Source: an uncultured bacterium (GTDB lineage: Bacteria; GCA-001730085). From it: 32,000 nucleotides of DNA. A program made the translations under genes and the position numbers. Below are positions 1 to 8,342 of the stretch, piece by piece (position 1 is the first letter of the stretch; every line of letters starts with the position of its first letter). The stretch covers positions 51,789-83,788 of the forward strand of contig CAZMGY010000015.1 in assembly GCA_964565945.1 (NCBI GenBank), given 5' to 3'. The notes beneath the pieces were generated by a model. That model was not told where the DNA came from, did not search any database, and worked only from the letters and a program-made list of their open reading frames with translations.

Positions 1-1372
1 CCTTACACTCATTGCATAGGCGACGAACTAAGCGTTGAGCCACAACAAGAACCAGCGACGACGCAATCAAGATCGGTTCAACACCCATATTCACCAAACG
101 GTCCAAAGATTGAATCGCATTATTGGTGTGCAACGTGCTTAAAACAAAGTGGCCTGTTAACGCCGCTTGAATAGCCATACCAGCCGTTTCCCTATCCCGA
201 ATTTCCCCAAGCATTATCACATCGGGATCCTGACGAAGAAAACTTCTTAGCCCCACCGCAAAATTGAGGCCAATTTCAGGACGCACATTCACCTGGTTAA
301 TCCCTTCGAGTTTGTATTCCACTGGATCTTCCAAGGTCACAAGGTTCCTGTTAACGTCATTGATATAATTTAAGCAGGCATAAAGCGTCGTCGTTTTACC
401 ACTTCCTGTAGGGCCTGTCACAAGCATAAGACCATAAGGTTTCAACAAAGCACTCTTGAAATCTTTCAGTGCATGATCACTAATATCTAAACCCTCTAAC
501 TCCAAAGGCAGAGTCCCCCTATCTAAAATCCGGATCACCACCTTTTCGCCATAAATAGTTGGGACAGTCGATACACGGAAGTCAATGTTGCGATTTTCAA
601 TATTCATTACAATAGCCCCATCTTGCGACAAACGTTTTTCGGCAATATCAAGGTGGGCTAAAATTTTAATCCGAGACACAATGGCCAAGTAAAGCTCCCT
701 GGGTGGAGCAGAAACCAAAACTAACTCCCCATCAATGCGATAACGAACCCGTATCATCCCTTTGGCTAAGGGTTCGAAATGAATATCACTCGCGCCCTCC
801 GCAACAGCTTGTATAATCAGCAAGTTCACAATACGAACAACCTGACCTTCCGATGCTTCCGACATAATCCGATCAAGACTAACTTCATTAGATTCGACAC
901 TTGATTGCAGGGCTTCCACACCATCTGACTTTTCAAAATAAGCCGTAATGGATTTTTCTAAAAGTCGTTTACCCACAATCACAAGAGAAATTTCGTGGGA
1001 TGTCATCACCTTTAAGTTATCAATCAATAACAAATTTAAGGGATTCACAATAACGAGCTTAAGTACATTGCCCTTGCATGATAAGGGCATCACCATATTT
1101 TGTAACATAAAGTCTTGAGAGAAAAACTCTTCCCCCAAAACACTGCTATCTGGCTCTATCAATTCATCGGTCTTAACAATGCAAGGATAATTGAACTGCT
1201 TACTTAAGAATTTCACCAAGGTATCTTCGGTGATCGCACCCATATCGACCAAAGTTTCGCCAAGCAGTGCTCCACTCATGTTCTGCTCATCCAAGGCCTG
1301 TTCTAGTTGAATCTCGTTAATCAGACCCTCACCAAGCAATAATTCGCCCAATTTCATTTTTGCTTCAAACAT
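1..1372 (-). CDS. GspE/PilB/MshE-family pilus/secretion assembly ATPase, N-terminal ~457 aa (3' end lies beyond the left edge)
   Basis: Absent from the ORF track because it runs off the edge. My minus-strand translation from ATG 1372 gives MFEAKMKLGELLLGEGLINEIQLEQALDEQ... It then shows Walker A GPTGSGKTTT (~386-421), VTLEDPVEY, Walker B DPDVIMLGEIRD, His box TGHFVLSTLHTN and RRLCNECK (start of the CxxC zinc motif) at the edge. It starts 12 nt after the secretin stop. Confidence 0.9.
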   Translation of the reverse strand, partial: MFEAKMKLGELLLGEGLINEIQLEQALDEQNMSGALLGETLVDMGAITEDTLVKFLSKQFNYPCIVKTDELIEPDSSVLGEEFFSQDFMLQNMVMPLSCKGNVLKLVIVNPLNLLLIDNLKVMTSHEISLVIVGKRLLEKSITAYFEKSDGVEALQSSVESNEVSLDRIMSEASEGQVVRIVNLLIIQAVAEGASDIHFEPLAKGMIRVRYRIDGELVLVSAPPRELYLAIVSRIKILAHLDIAEKRLSQDGAIVMNIENRNIDFRVSTVPTIYGEKVVIRILDRGTLPLELEGLDISDHALKDFKSALLKPYGLMLVTGPTGSGKTTTLYACLNYINDVNRNLVTLEDPVEYKLEGINQVNVRPEIGLNFAVGLRSFLRQDPDVIMLGEIRDRETAGMAIQAALTGHFVLSTLHTNNAIQSLDRLVNMGVEPILIASSLVLVVAQRLVRRLCNECK

Positions 1373-1384
1373 GCAAACCTTTCG

Positions 1385-3397
1385 TTAAATTTTGGCATCG
1401 AGAATAGCCAAACGTTCCCTCGCAGTATTCGTCCAAGGTGAATTAGGAGCCACTTTAAGCGCCTGTTGATAAGAAGCGCGGGCTTCATCATACATAGCCT
1501 TCATTTCATAACACAAGCCCAAGGTGGTAAACCCATAGGGATGATCTGGGACAAGTTCCACAGCACGACGTAACGATGAAATGGCCGCATCATATTGTTT
1601 TTTAATACGATATAGGTTGCCTAAGTTATTGTAAGCTGCACCCGAATTAGGGTTCAACATAATGGAACGTTTAAACTGCTCAATCGCCAAATCATACTTT
1701 TGAACCTTAGCATACGCCACACCCAAATTGCTATGTGCTTCTGGATCACCAGGATATTCTTTTACTTTAGCTTGGTACTGAGCAATCTTGTCGGACAATG
1801 ATCGTTGATCCATACGTTCTTTCATGCGCTCTGCGGCCACATGAGGCTCTTCTTTTTCGCGAACAAGCTTTTCTGCCCGCTGCGACTCTTTAAGTAAGTC
1901 CGAATAATCATCTTCATCTTCTGCTCTTTTCTGCAAGTAAAGTAACGCGTCATCATCCAAAATATAAGGCGTAATAAACACAATAAGATCTGTTTCCGCC
2001 TTTTCTTTCGACTTCCTAGAAAAGAACGTTCCCAGCAAAGGAATATCCCCCAAAATAGGGATTTTGCTTCCAAAGGTACTAAAATCCCTTTGAATCAAAC
2101 CAGCAATAGAAATTGTATCTCCTTGTTTGATTCTAATTTTTGTTAAAACGCTCCGTGTGGATGGATCAAATGCGCGATCTGGAAAAAGACGTGAAGGCGA
2201 GACCTCAGTTACAGATGGCTGTAAAATCATCGTGACAAAATCATCCTCATTGATCTGAGGTGTCACCCGTAAAGTCACACCAACTGTCGTTCGTTCAACC
2301 GTCGTGGTCTGCTGATTCGTATCTTCATCGATAATCGTATCTTCATTGATCGCAGTTTCCGAGGTAATATCTACTACCGCAGGCTCATTGTCCAAAGTAA
2401 TCACACGTGGTCGTGCAAGAAACTTACTCTTTCCACTGGTTTTAAGAGCGCGTAAAATAAAATTAAACTGTCCCGCAGTCAACTGTCCAAAAGTGGTCTC
2501 ACTCAAACGGTCCGCATTCCCTTCTTCACTATTAATACGTTTAGAAATAAGCCCCAATAAGTTACTGTTAAAGGGAAAGACTTGCCCATCAACCTTCGGA
2601 GGACGATAGGCCAAACTAAACAACTGTTTCGGCTCAGACGGATTACCATACGCCGTTCCCAGAACCTTATTCAAGGTATCTTGCAACTCAACAATTTCCG
2701 CCTTGATCAAGACTTGGCGTGTTTTTTTATCAAGCTCTTCAATGATTTTATCGATACGTTTGATACGGTCAGGATAATCGGTCACAATCAAGGAGTTGGT
2801 GCGTACATCAATACTCAAAATACCTTCCTCAGACAGCACAGCCACAACAGCATTGATCACACCTTCAGTTGCGTCAGTATCTCCCGATGAGAAAATCGAG
2901 ATATCATCGGCTCCCCCTTCACTGCCCTTACTTCCCAAAGATCCACTTCGCTGAATCCTTGCGCCACTGGCTAATTTCAAACGCTTCACCCGGGCATAAC
3001 TCAGTCGATAAATCTTGGTCACACGCAAGTCGCGCATGCCCATTTGAGAAGTACTGACTCTCAAAACCGTGGTACCTTCAATTGGATAAAAACCCAAACC
3101 ATTCGCCTCGGCAATCGACTTCAAAGCCTGCCTAACAGTCACTTTTTCCAAAAACAAAGATATGAGCTGTTCAGCAACTTCACCATCAATTACAAAGTTA
3201 ACACTAGTTTGCTGGGTAAAAATTTTAAGCACATCCTTAAGGTTAGCTTCAACAAAGTCGACAGATATTTTTTTATCTAAATTATCAATGTGAACTAAAT
3301 CTTCACTAGGCGGCTTCACTTCAAGCGCAGACAAAGACACTGCCTTCACTAACACCACTGCAAAAAAGAATGGCAAACATTTTAAGAATACTCGCAT
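1385..3397 (-). CDS. Secretin (N0 + N1 + secretin domain) with a C-terminal TPR domain, module A
   Basis: Signal peptide MRVFLKCLPFFFAVVLVKAVSLSALE from ATG 3397, preceded by a G7 SD-like run. N0-like ISVDFVEANLKDVLKIFTQQTSVNFVIDGEV...; secretin core RPRVITLDNEPAVV...GVTLRVTPQI...IPILGDIPLLGTFFSRKSKEKAETDLIVFITPYIL. The last ~138 aa (1388-1800) are 3-4 TPRs (GDPEAHSNLGVAYAKVQKYDLAIEQFKRSIMLNPNSGAAYNNLGNLY...). The track start at 3436 is a TTG 13 codons upstream. Confidence 0.85.
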   Translation of the reverse strand: MRVFLKCLPFFFAVVLVKAVSLSALEVKPPSEDLVHIDNLDKKISVDFVEANLKDVLKIFTQQTSVNFVIDGEVAEQLISLFLEKVTVRQALKSIAEANGLGFYPIEGTTVLRVSTSQMGMRDLRVTKIYRLSYARVKRLKLASGARIQRSGSLGSKGSEGGADDISIFSSGDTDATEGVINAVVAVLSEEGILSIDVRTNSLIVTDYPDRIKRIDKIIEELDKKTRQVLIKAEIVELQDTLNKVLGTAYGNPSEPKQLFSLAYRPPKVDGQVFPFNSNLLGLISKRINSEEGNADRLSETTFGQLTAGQFNFILRALKTSGKSKFLARPRVITLDNEPAVVDITSETAINEDTIIDEDTNQQTTTVERTTVGVTLRVTPQINEDDFVTMILQPSVTEVSPSRLFPDRAFDPSTRSVLTKIRIKQGDTISIAGLIQRDFSTFGSKIPILGDIPLLGTFFSRKSKEKAETDLIVFITPYILDDDALLYLQKRAEDEDDYSDLLKESQRAEKLVREKEEPHVAAERMKERMDQRSLSDKIAQYQAKVKEYPGDPEAHSNLGVAYAKVQKYDLAIEQFKRSIMLNPNSGAAYNNLGNLYRIKKQYDAAISSLRRAVELVPDHPYGFTTLGLCYEMKAMYDEARASYQQALKVAPNSPWTNTARERLAILDAKI

Positions 3398-3422
3398 AAA
3401 GTTGCCCCCCCTAAGCCACACG

Positions 3423-4127
3423 TTATTCATGAACAATCATATTCATCACCATAGGACCTACAGGTTCATCTTGTCCAAAAACTCCCTGCACCCCCCCACC
3501 TCCAGGAATCCCCCCCAGCACAGGCACACCAGCAGGTGGTCCTTCGCCAAGCCCTACTTGGCCCCAATCATCATCTAACTTCCTGGTTGTTACCCTCATC
3601 ATAGGAACAAGCACCTCGACCAGTTGCTCTTTGTATCGTATAGTCACTGACTGAATTTCAACCTTTGCCAACTCACTGTTCTCATCAATTTTATCACCAA
3701 TTCGATACACTTTGCCATTAATAATTGCCTGCTTCCAGTCGTCGCCCACAACAACCCCTTGCAACAAATACTCAGGAGGCGTATCTTGTTCTTCATCAAA
3801 GCCTCCTTCATCCAAAACAGCCAAAGGATCTAGGGCAAGATCCTCCATAACAGGCTCGTCCATCGCAACCTCCTCTAAATCTTCCACTTTGACAACCTGT
3901 TGCGTCATTAAACGACGTTCTTCTTCTCTCCTTTTGATTTCGGCTTCACGGCGAACCCTTTCTTCCTCCCAACGCCTTGCTTCTTCCTCAGCCCGACGTT
4001 TGGCTTCTTTGTTGATAAAATTCTCATAAGCGACACGATGAAAGTACGACACGAAACCATTGCTCTCGGCAGACAGGGAACTCAGCGGCCATATCAAAAC
4101 GACTATTATCAGAATAACTTTATTCAT
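3423..4127 (-). CDS. PilP/GspC/MshK-like periplasmic protein (signal peptide, charged coiled coil, Gly/Pro-rich tail), module A
   Basis: N-terminus MNKVILIIVVLIWPLSSLSA; E/R-rich helix EAKRRAEEEARRWEEERVRREAEIKRREEERR; segment LLQGVVVGDDWKQAIINGKVYRIGDKIDENSELAKVEIQSVTIRY resembles the PilP/GspC beta-domain pattern. Sits between the PilO-like gene and the secretin. The family call rests on pattern and position only. Confidence 0.45.
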   Translation of the reverse strand: MNKVILIIVVLIWPLSSLSAESNGFVSYFHRVAYENFINKEAKRRAEEEARRWEEERVRREAEIKRREEERRLMTQQVVKVEDLEEVAMDEPVMEDLALDPLAVLDEGGFDEEQDTPPEYLLQGVVVGDDWKQAIINGKVYRIGDKIDENSELAKVEIQSVTIRYKEQLVEVLVPMMRVTTRKLDDDWGQVGLGEGPPAGVPVLGGIPGGGGVQGVFGQDEPVGPMVMNMIVHE

Positions 4128-4136
4128 CACACTCTC

Positions 4137-4697
4137 TCAGTTTTTCGAAAAAAGGATCACGGCCATATTAACATTTAGTAATGGATCTTTAAATTTTTCA
4201 GTTGTGTCAATTTTTTCATCAGCATAATTAACTTCACAAAAATCAATGCAATTCAGCTTCTCGCCTTGTTCCAATGTTTGAAAAATCTTCATCATCTGCT
4301 CATAATGCGCATGGTAACGCACCGAAAAACGTGAACTTTTGACCTTATAGCCCGTTTTGATATTACCTGGAACAATTTTAACCTCTGCAACTCCATGAGC
4401 ACTCAATATCTTATTAATGAGCGAAATAAAAAAGTTAACATCACTGGTGTCGTACAATTTCTTGTGAAGCTTCGGAAGAAGTTTTTTAAGATTTTTTACT
4501 TCTTCGGACAACTTAAGTTTGGCAATAGTTTCATCAAATCGGATTTTCTTTTTGTCATAGCCCGATTTAATCACAAAAGCATAGCTAACATAAATAATAA
4601 GTATATATAAAAGGACAACAATTAAGCTCTCCTGAGTAAAATGCTTAAAAAATTGCCCAAGATTAAACTGGCGAATCTTATTAAGATCTAATTTCAT
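4137..4697 (-). CDS. PilO/GspM/MshJ-like bitopic inner-membrane protein, module A
   Basis: 186 aa with one N-terminal TM helix (LIVVLLYILIIYVSYAFVI), then a K-rich coiled coil and a C-terminal alpha/beta part (FSVRYHAHYEQMMKIFQTLEQ). Lies 6 nt after the PilM/N gene. Confidence 0.5.
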   Translation of the reverse strand: MKLDLNKIRQFNLGQFFKHFTQESLIVVLLYILIIYVSYAFVIKSGYDKKKIRFDETIAKLKLSEEVKNLKKLLPKLHKKLYDTSDVNFFISLINKILSAHGVAEVKIVPGNIKTGYKVKSSRFSVRYHAHYEQMMKIFQTLEQGEKLNCIDFCEVNYADEKIDTTEKFKDPLLNVNMAVILFSKN

Positions 4698-4703
4698 CGA
4701 CGC

Positions 4704-6245
4704 TTAGGATCTCCTTTTATTGCTATTCATAACAATCGTAAAGCCAGTGTATTTCTGAGGAACCAAATTATAATTTCTTTGCGCAGTATCCTTCAATATC
4801 ACTGCGGGCAATTTTTTCCGATAATCTTTTAAATCTTCGATGGACTTTTTCACCTTATTGATCAAAAGAATATCTTCAACGGAATCTCCAGTGTAAACGG
4901 CGCCATGAAGCTCCAAGTTCTTTTTATTATTCCTATCTCTAAAAAAACGAAATTTCTCCACCCATATTTTCTCTTGCTCAACAAAAGGAGTTAGGATCTG
5001 ATTCATCAAATCTCCCATATAAATTCTACGATACTCAAAAGGTCGCAAGAATTTTTTTAGCAAAGCCACTTCTTTCTTTTGTTTTTTTAAATCATCCAAA
5101 CTTAAGTAACCTAATGACCCTATCTGCTCGGTCCTTTGTTTGATCTTTTTATCGAGTTTGCGACCTTTTAAGTAGAAATTCCCTAAAATTAAACCCAAAA
5201 TAATTGCCATCAAAACTCCACCACGCACAGCCATCAAACCTACAGGAAAGGGCTGAAACACTCTTCCACCCATCGCAGAGGTATCTTTAAGCAAATTCAC
5301 ATCAATACGAGGCCAAAAAATTTCGGCCAAAGCGGCTCCTAAACTAACACCATCTGTGGCTTCGATATCAAGGGCCTCAGAAAAATTAGCCCCACGAACA
5401 GACGCAGCAAAATTTTCTTCAAAAAAATCATCCCACTTGTACAAAGATATGCCATCTAACAGAATAACATTCTGAATAGGAACATTTGACAAAGCACTAT
5501 TAAAAAGCTTAACACTTAGAAAAACTTCATTAAAAAATTTTTCATCCACATCATTTTCCGAACTGACCACAGAAATGTCCCGTGCCACAACTGGAGATCC
5601 CTTATAGACAAGAAGCATATCGGCCAAGCAACGAATCCTCTCACGACCAAAAAACTTCTTTTTCACAGACATAATCAAGGTTGGTTGATCTTCGTCAATT
5701 AAATTGCTATGAAGACACGCCCTCACCATAGATAAAAACACAGAGCCAAGCTTGAAACACGAAATGCCTGCTAAGTTCAAGATAGAAATATAACGCGAGA
5801 TCGTGGCAGGTTTCGCGCAAACAAATAAGATATCCATTTCTTCAGTTTCTTCGTCGGGATTAAGAACCACAAAATCAATGCTAATTTCTTCAATGCGAAA
5901 AGGAACATACTTCTGCCCTTCAAAGCGAACAGCCTGAAACCACTCCTTTTTAGAATGTAGGCGAGGCATCGAAAAGGTTCTCACCACCACATCCTGAGTC
6001 GGTAAATTTAAAATAACATTGTTGCGAGGAATCTTGTTCTCGGTGAACAGATCTTCAAGAGCATTGCGAATAATTTCATTTTGGTCGACAACATCAATAT
6101 CTTGAATTGCAATCTTCCGCTGCACAACTTTTTCAATCACCGTGTTGCGCATATCTTTTTTGGCAATAGCAACTTCGACAAAATCTCGATTAATATAAAG
6201 ACCAACAAACTTCTTTGGTATCAAAAAGTTCAGGTCCATACCCAT
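4704..6245 (-). CDS. PilM-PilN fusion (MshI/GspL-like), module A, with degenerate nucleotide-binding motifs
   Basis: 513 aa. PilM-like NLPTQDVVVRTFSMPRLHSKKEWFQAVRFEGQKYVPFRIEEISIDFVVL; one TM helix GGVLMAIILGLILGNFYL; then a coiled-coil periplasmic tail. It has GLYINRDFVEV where the module B paralogue has GIDIGSDAIKLV. Confidence 0.65.
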   Translation of the reverse strand: MGMDLNFLIPKKFVGLYINRDFVEVAIAKKDMRNTVIEKVVQRKIAIQDIDVVDQNEIIRNALEDLFTENKIPRNNVILNLPTQDVVVRTFSMPRLHSKKEWFQAVRFEGQKYVPFRIEEISIDFVVLNPDEETEEMDILFVCAKPATISRYISILNLAGISCFKLGSVFLSMVRACLHSNLIDEDQPTLIMSVKKKFFGRERIRCLADMLLVYKGSPVVARDISVVSSENDVDEKFFNEVFLSVKLFNSALSNVPIQNVILLDGISLYKWDDFFEENFAASVRGANFSEALDIEATDGVSLGAALAEIFWPRIDVNLLKDTSAMGGRVFQPFPVGLMAVRGGVLMAIILGLILGNFYLKGRKLDKKIKQRTEQIGSLGYLSLDDLKKQKKEVALLKKFLRPFEYRRIYMGDLMNQILTPFVEQEKIWVEKFRFFRDRNNKKNLELHGAVYTGDSVEDILLINKVKKSIEDLKDYRKKLPAVILKDTAQRNYNLVPQKYTGFTIVMNSNKRRS

Positions 6246-6279
6246 ATCCCCAAATTACACACACTTTATGGCATCTACT

Positions 6280-6308
6280 AAAAAAGACCTTGTCCACACT
6301 GCAAGGCC
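6280..6308 (-). terminator. Rho-independent terminator downstream of the TpsB gene
   Basis: Minus-strand RNA GGCCUUG-cagugugga-CAAGGUC: 7 bp stem with one G-U pair, followed by U6. On the plus strand the same position is an A-C mismatch, so the hairpin is better on the minus strand. Confidence 0.6.
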
Positions 6309-6342
6309 CTTTTTGAACTTATAGATATCCTGACAACTACCT

Positions 6343-8121
6343 TTAGAATAATTCCGTTTGGATCGAAAAGTGAACCTTAGAATCTTCAAATTTTCTATCT
6401 GCTTCATCGATAGGAAACCCTACTTCCAAACGTGCATACATGTTTTTATAGAGTTTAAAGCGCAAACCAACACCCACACTTTTGAACTCATCTCTTTGAA
6501 ATTCATTCAGTTGCTGCTCATTAGTATGACCAATACCATAATCCACAAATCCCATCAATTGTACACTTTCTTTCAAAGTACGATCGGCAAAAGGAATCTT
6601 AGCATTAGGAAACAATGGAGTTGGCGTATAAAGTTCCAAAGACACATGTCCACCAGTATCCCCACGGAAAGTACTTTCTTCAAATCCACGAACTGCATTA
6701 AAACCATTCAAAGAGATTTGCTCAGCCGTAACCAAGTTATCAGGAGAGTACTGCGCATTACCTTTAACTCTAACAAAGGTGAAGTCCCATGGCAACCTGT
6801 AAGAGTAGTCAAACGAAGCACGATATTTCTCAAAACCAGCCTCAGAACCTGTTCGAGAGAACTCGCGATGATCTTTGGCACCTGAGCCTAAGAAATCAGG
6901 AATACCCAAATCAACACCCACACGAGCCACCGCATGATCACGTGTTCCACGATGAACAAAATCAAACTCAGTCAAGAAAACCGTTATATCATCGTGAGCT
7001 GTTTGGGATCCAGGCGCACGCACTTTAGTGTCGGTAACACGCAATCCCAAACGTCCATTGATATCGGTTTTTTCACCACCCATAAGTTGACGCTGCAAGA
7101 AAACCATCGCGGTCTTAGATCTAGCCTCAATACCGAAGGGTTTATGCGTGCCTCCCACATCAACCTCAGAGTAGCTTGATACAATTCCCAGTTTTGTACG
7201 ATGATCATTAATAGGCACAAGGTACATGGTCGAAGCACCCCAAACACCCTTACCAACTATACCAGAAACAACAATCTGATCATCAAAACCAAACAGGTTG
7301 CTACGACGCCAATTCAATGAATAACGCTCTTTACCTGTAAGCTCGGTTCCCATGCGGTTGAAGCCAATGCTAATACTCGACAAGGAATCTTCCTCAACAT
7401 GCATAACAACATCCGAAAACCCTTTTTCTTCGCCTGGCTTCAAGCTCACAGAAACAGTTCGATCGGGATGACTGTTAAGCTCACGGACAATCCCCTTAAG
7501 CAAAGTGTAATCCAAAATTTCACCTTGAAGGCGCTTCTCGATATCTACCCTAAAGATGTTTTCACCAAAACGTTCGTTACCAACAACAATCACATCACCA
7601 ACTTTACCTTCCACAACAAGTATCTCAACATACCCTTCTGTGATATCTTGCTCGGGAATATAGGCATGTGATGTCACATAACCTTTATCGGCATAAAGGC
7701 CCGAAATCTCTTCGGCAATGCTATGTAACTGATCTAGCGTAAGTTCTTGCCCCTCATAACTCATAGTAATCGCCAAGACTTTTTCGTAATTGATAGACTC
7801 AACACCCGTTACAGAAATCTTATTAACCATAACTTTGTAGCCTTTATCAATAGGCGAGACTTCTTCTTCCATCACCATCTTTTCCGATACCTCAACACCC
7901 TCGCCTTCAAAGGCAACTTCGGGCTCATCGATTTCGGTTCCAGTATAGTCACTTTCGATAAATTCAATTGTTTGATCAATATCATCTGAAGCAATTGAAA
8001 TCTCTTGTCCACCCACTTCAAGATTATCCGCCATAGCGGATGTAACAAACGACATCATAATGCCCAACACAACAACGGAATATACGGCACGTCTCATCAT
8101 CAACAAACCCTTCCTTGACAT
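6343..8121 (-). CDS. Two-partner-secretion TpsB transporter (ShlB/FhaC/HecB family, POTRA + 16-strand barrel)
   Basis: Signal peptide MSRKGLLMMRRAVYSVVVLGIMMSFVTSAMA from ATG 8121. ShlB-type POTRA ISVTGVESINYEKVLAITMSYEGQELTLDQLHSIAEEISGLYADKGYVTSHAYIPEQDITEGYVEILVVEGKVG; LKPGEEKGFSDVVMHVEE; L6 motif NAVRGFEE. The track start at 8178 lies inside repeat copy 1. Confidence 0.85.
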   Translation of the reverse strand: MSRKGLLMMRRAVYSVVVLGIMMSFVTSAMADNLEVGGQEISIASDDIDQTIEFIESDYTGTEIDEPEVAFEGEGVEVSEKMVMEEEVSPIDKGYKVMVNKISVTGVESINYEKVLAITMSYEGQELTLDQLHSIAEEISGLYADKGYVTSHAYIPEQDITEGYVEILVVEGKVGDVIVVGNERFGENIFRVDIEKRLQGEILDYTLLKGIVRELNSHPDRTVSVSLKPGEEKGFSDVVMHVEEDSLSSISIGFNRMGTELTGKERYSLNWRRSNLFGFDDQIVVSGIVGKGVWGASTMYLVPINDHRTKLGIVSSYSEVDVGGTHKPFGIEARSKTAMVFLQRQLMGGEKTDINGRLGLRVTDTKVRAPGSQTAHDDITVFLTEFDFVHRGTRDHAVARVGVDLGIPDFLGSGAKDHREFSRTGSEAGFEKYRASFDYSYRLPWDFTFVRVKGNAQYSPDNLVTAEQISLNGFNAVRGFEESTFRGDTGGHVSLELYTPTPLFPNAKIPFADRTLKESVQLMGFVDYGIGHTNEQQLNEFQRDEFKSVGVGLRFKLYKNMYARLEVGFPIDEADRKFEDSKVHFSIQTELF

Positions 8122-8197
8122 ACTTTTTTTAAAGATTGACACACACACATAAAAACACCCTCTCGTTACGAAGTGCATTGTAGTTCACCTTTTTCAA

Positions 8198-8220
8198 GTT
8201 GTAAATATTTTTTTTACAAC
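8198..8220. promoter_or_regulatory. Palindrome GTTGTAAA-N7-TTTACAAC in repeat copy 1, overlapping a candidate -35; candidate -10 TACAAT (minus) at 8177-8182
   Basis: Perfect 8-bp arms. On the minus strand TTACAA-16 nt-TACAAT follows or overlaps the palindrome. AT-rich stem with no U tract, so it looks more like an operator than a terminator. Confidence 0.3.
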
Positions 8221-8319
8221 CAAGAATCACTCTAATTATATAAACTATTTTTATTTTCCCCCACACACATAAAAACACCCCCCCTCGTTACAGAGCGCAT
8301 TGTAGTTCACCTTTTTCAA

Positions 8320-8342
8320 GTTGTAAATATTTTTTTTACAAC
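8320..8342. promoter_or_regulatory. Same palindrome in repeat copy 2; candidate -10 at 8299-8304
   Basis: Identical 23-nt palindrome and TACAAT element duplicated with the repeat. Confidence 0.3.

Noticed and set aside
3712-4029. Long plus-strand ORFs antisense to real genes (e.g. 3712-4029, 6358-6885, 11514-11939, 13758-14060, 17127-17645, 19600-20028, 20809-21207, 27995-28522) and nested same-strand ORFs (1822-2073, 9547-9774, 20025-20243, 22945-23217).
   Set aside because: They lie entirely inside well-supported genes. Their translations are low-complexity (S/R/L/F-rich) shadow sequence, and they have no RBS, signal or family motifs.
8122-8178. A 19-codon N-terminal extension of TpsB starting at ATG 8178.
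   Set aside because: It lies inside repeat copy 1 and overlaps the candidate -10. It would also place 19 odd residues ahead of a normal signal peptide. This is not fully excluded and is kept as an alternative in the repeat finding.
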